A stretch of 64,000 bases of DNA from an uncultured delta proteobacterium (lineage in GTDB: Bacteria; Myxococcota_A; Polyangia; Polyangiales; Polyangiaceae), in contig CAWDXG010000004.1 of assembly GCA_963806225.1 (NCBI GenBank), forward strand, positions 1,856,001 to 1,920,000, in the 5' to 3' direction. A model generated the notes under the pieces. It ran no database searches, had not been told where the DNA came from, and saw nothing but the letters and a program-made list of their open reading frames with translations. A program made the translations under genes and the position numbers. Every line of letters begins with the position of its first letter. Position 1 is the first letter of the stretch. Below, in pieces: positions 63,574 to 64,000 of the stretch.

Positions 63574-64000
63574 CCGGCGACCCTGCGGCTCTCACCCGGG
63601 ATTCGCGCTCGATATCGGCGCGAATCGGCAGCCCGACGGCGGCAGCCATTTCCGCGTCTGGGCGCCGCGCGTCGAGAAGCCTTGCCGTGCGCTCCGTGGC
63701 CGACGGCGGCACGCACGCGCTCACGCCGCGCGACTCCGGATTCTTCGAAGGGCGGGTCGCCGGCATGTCCCGCCGGCTCGGACTACCTGTTCGTGCTCGA
63801 CGGCGACAGGGAACGACCGGATCCAGCATCGCGCTTCCAGCCCCACGGCGTGCACGGCCCGTCACGCATCGTGGATCCACACGCCTACAAGTGGAACGAC
63901 CGCGACTGGCGCGGGGTGCCGCAACGCGATCTGGTGATCTACGAGCTTCACGTGGGCACATTCACGCGCGAGGGAACGTTCGACGCCGTGATCGAACGAC
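63570..64000 (+). CDS. treZ: Malto-oligosyltrehalose trehalohydrolase, 5' part (frameshifted, runs off the window)
   Basis: FRVWAP, PDPASRFQPHGVHGPS, IYELHVGTFT.EGTF; ATGA coupling to malQ. Confidence 0.85.
   Translation, partial: MTGDPAALTRDSRSISARIGSPTAAAISASGRRASRSLAVRSVADGGTHALTPRDSGFFEGRVAGMSRRLGLPVRARRRQGTTGSSIALPAPRRARPVTHRGSTRLQVERPRLARGAATRSGDLRASRGHIHARGNVRRRDRT

Overview
A GC-rich (about 70%) chromosomal window, most likely from Myxococcota (Polyangiales-like). This assignment rests on a MYXO-CTERM sorting signal, Gly-rich lipoproteins, a VWA lipoprotein, a Hanks-type kinase and several sigma54 promoters. I count about 49 genes and found no rRNA, tRNA, CRISPR array or transposase. 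At least seven genes carry small indels, which look more like long-read assembly errors than true decay. The highlights are: (1) a secreted tetraheme c-type cytochrome with Cys-rich repeats, a 15-bp tandem-repeat stalk and a MYXO-CTERM anchor, preceded by a perfect FNR box; (2) a pgsB-pgsC-pgsW poly-gamma-glutamate operon without capA, facing a large membrane P-loop ATPase plus MscS pair, next to USP, TerC and treY-malQ-treZ; (3) a dispersed set of sigma54 promoters, some with GCGCA-N5-TGCGC boxes, in front of CBS, USP, HDAC and kinase/acetyl-CoA genes; (4) an APH-like kinase / APS kinase / acetyl-CoA hydrolase-GNAT operon; (5) an ECF sigma factor with a 1432-aa anti-sigma-FecR-VIT-VWA fusion. 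Family calls come from recognising motifs by eye, not from database searches.
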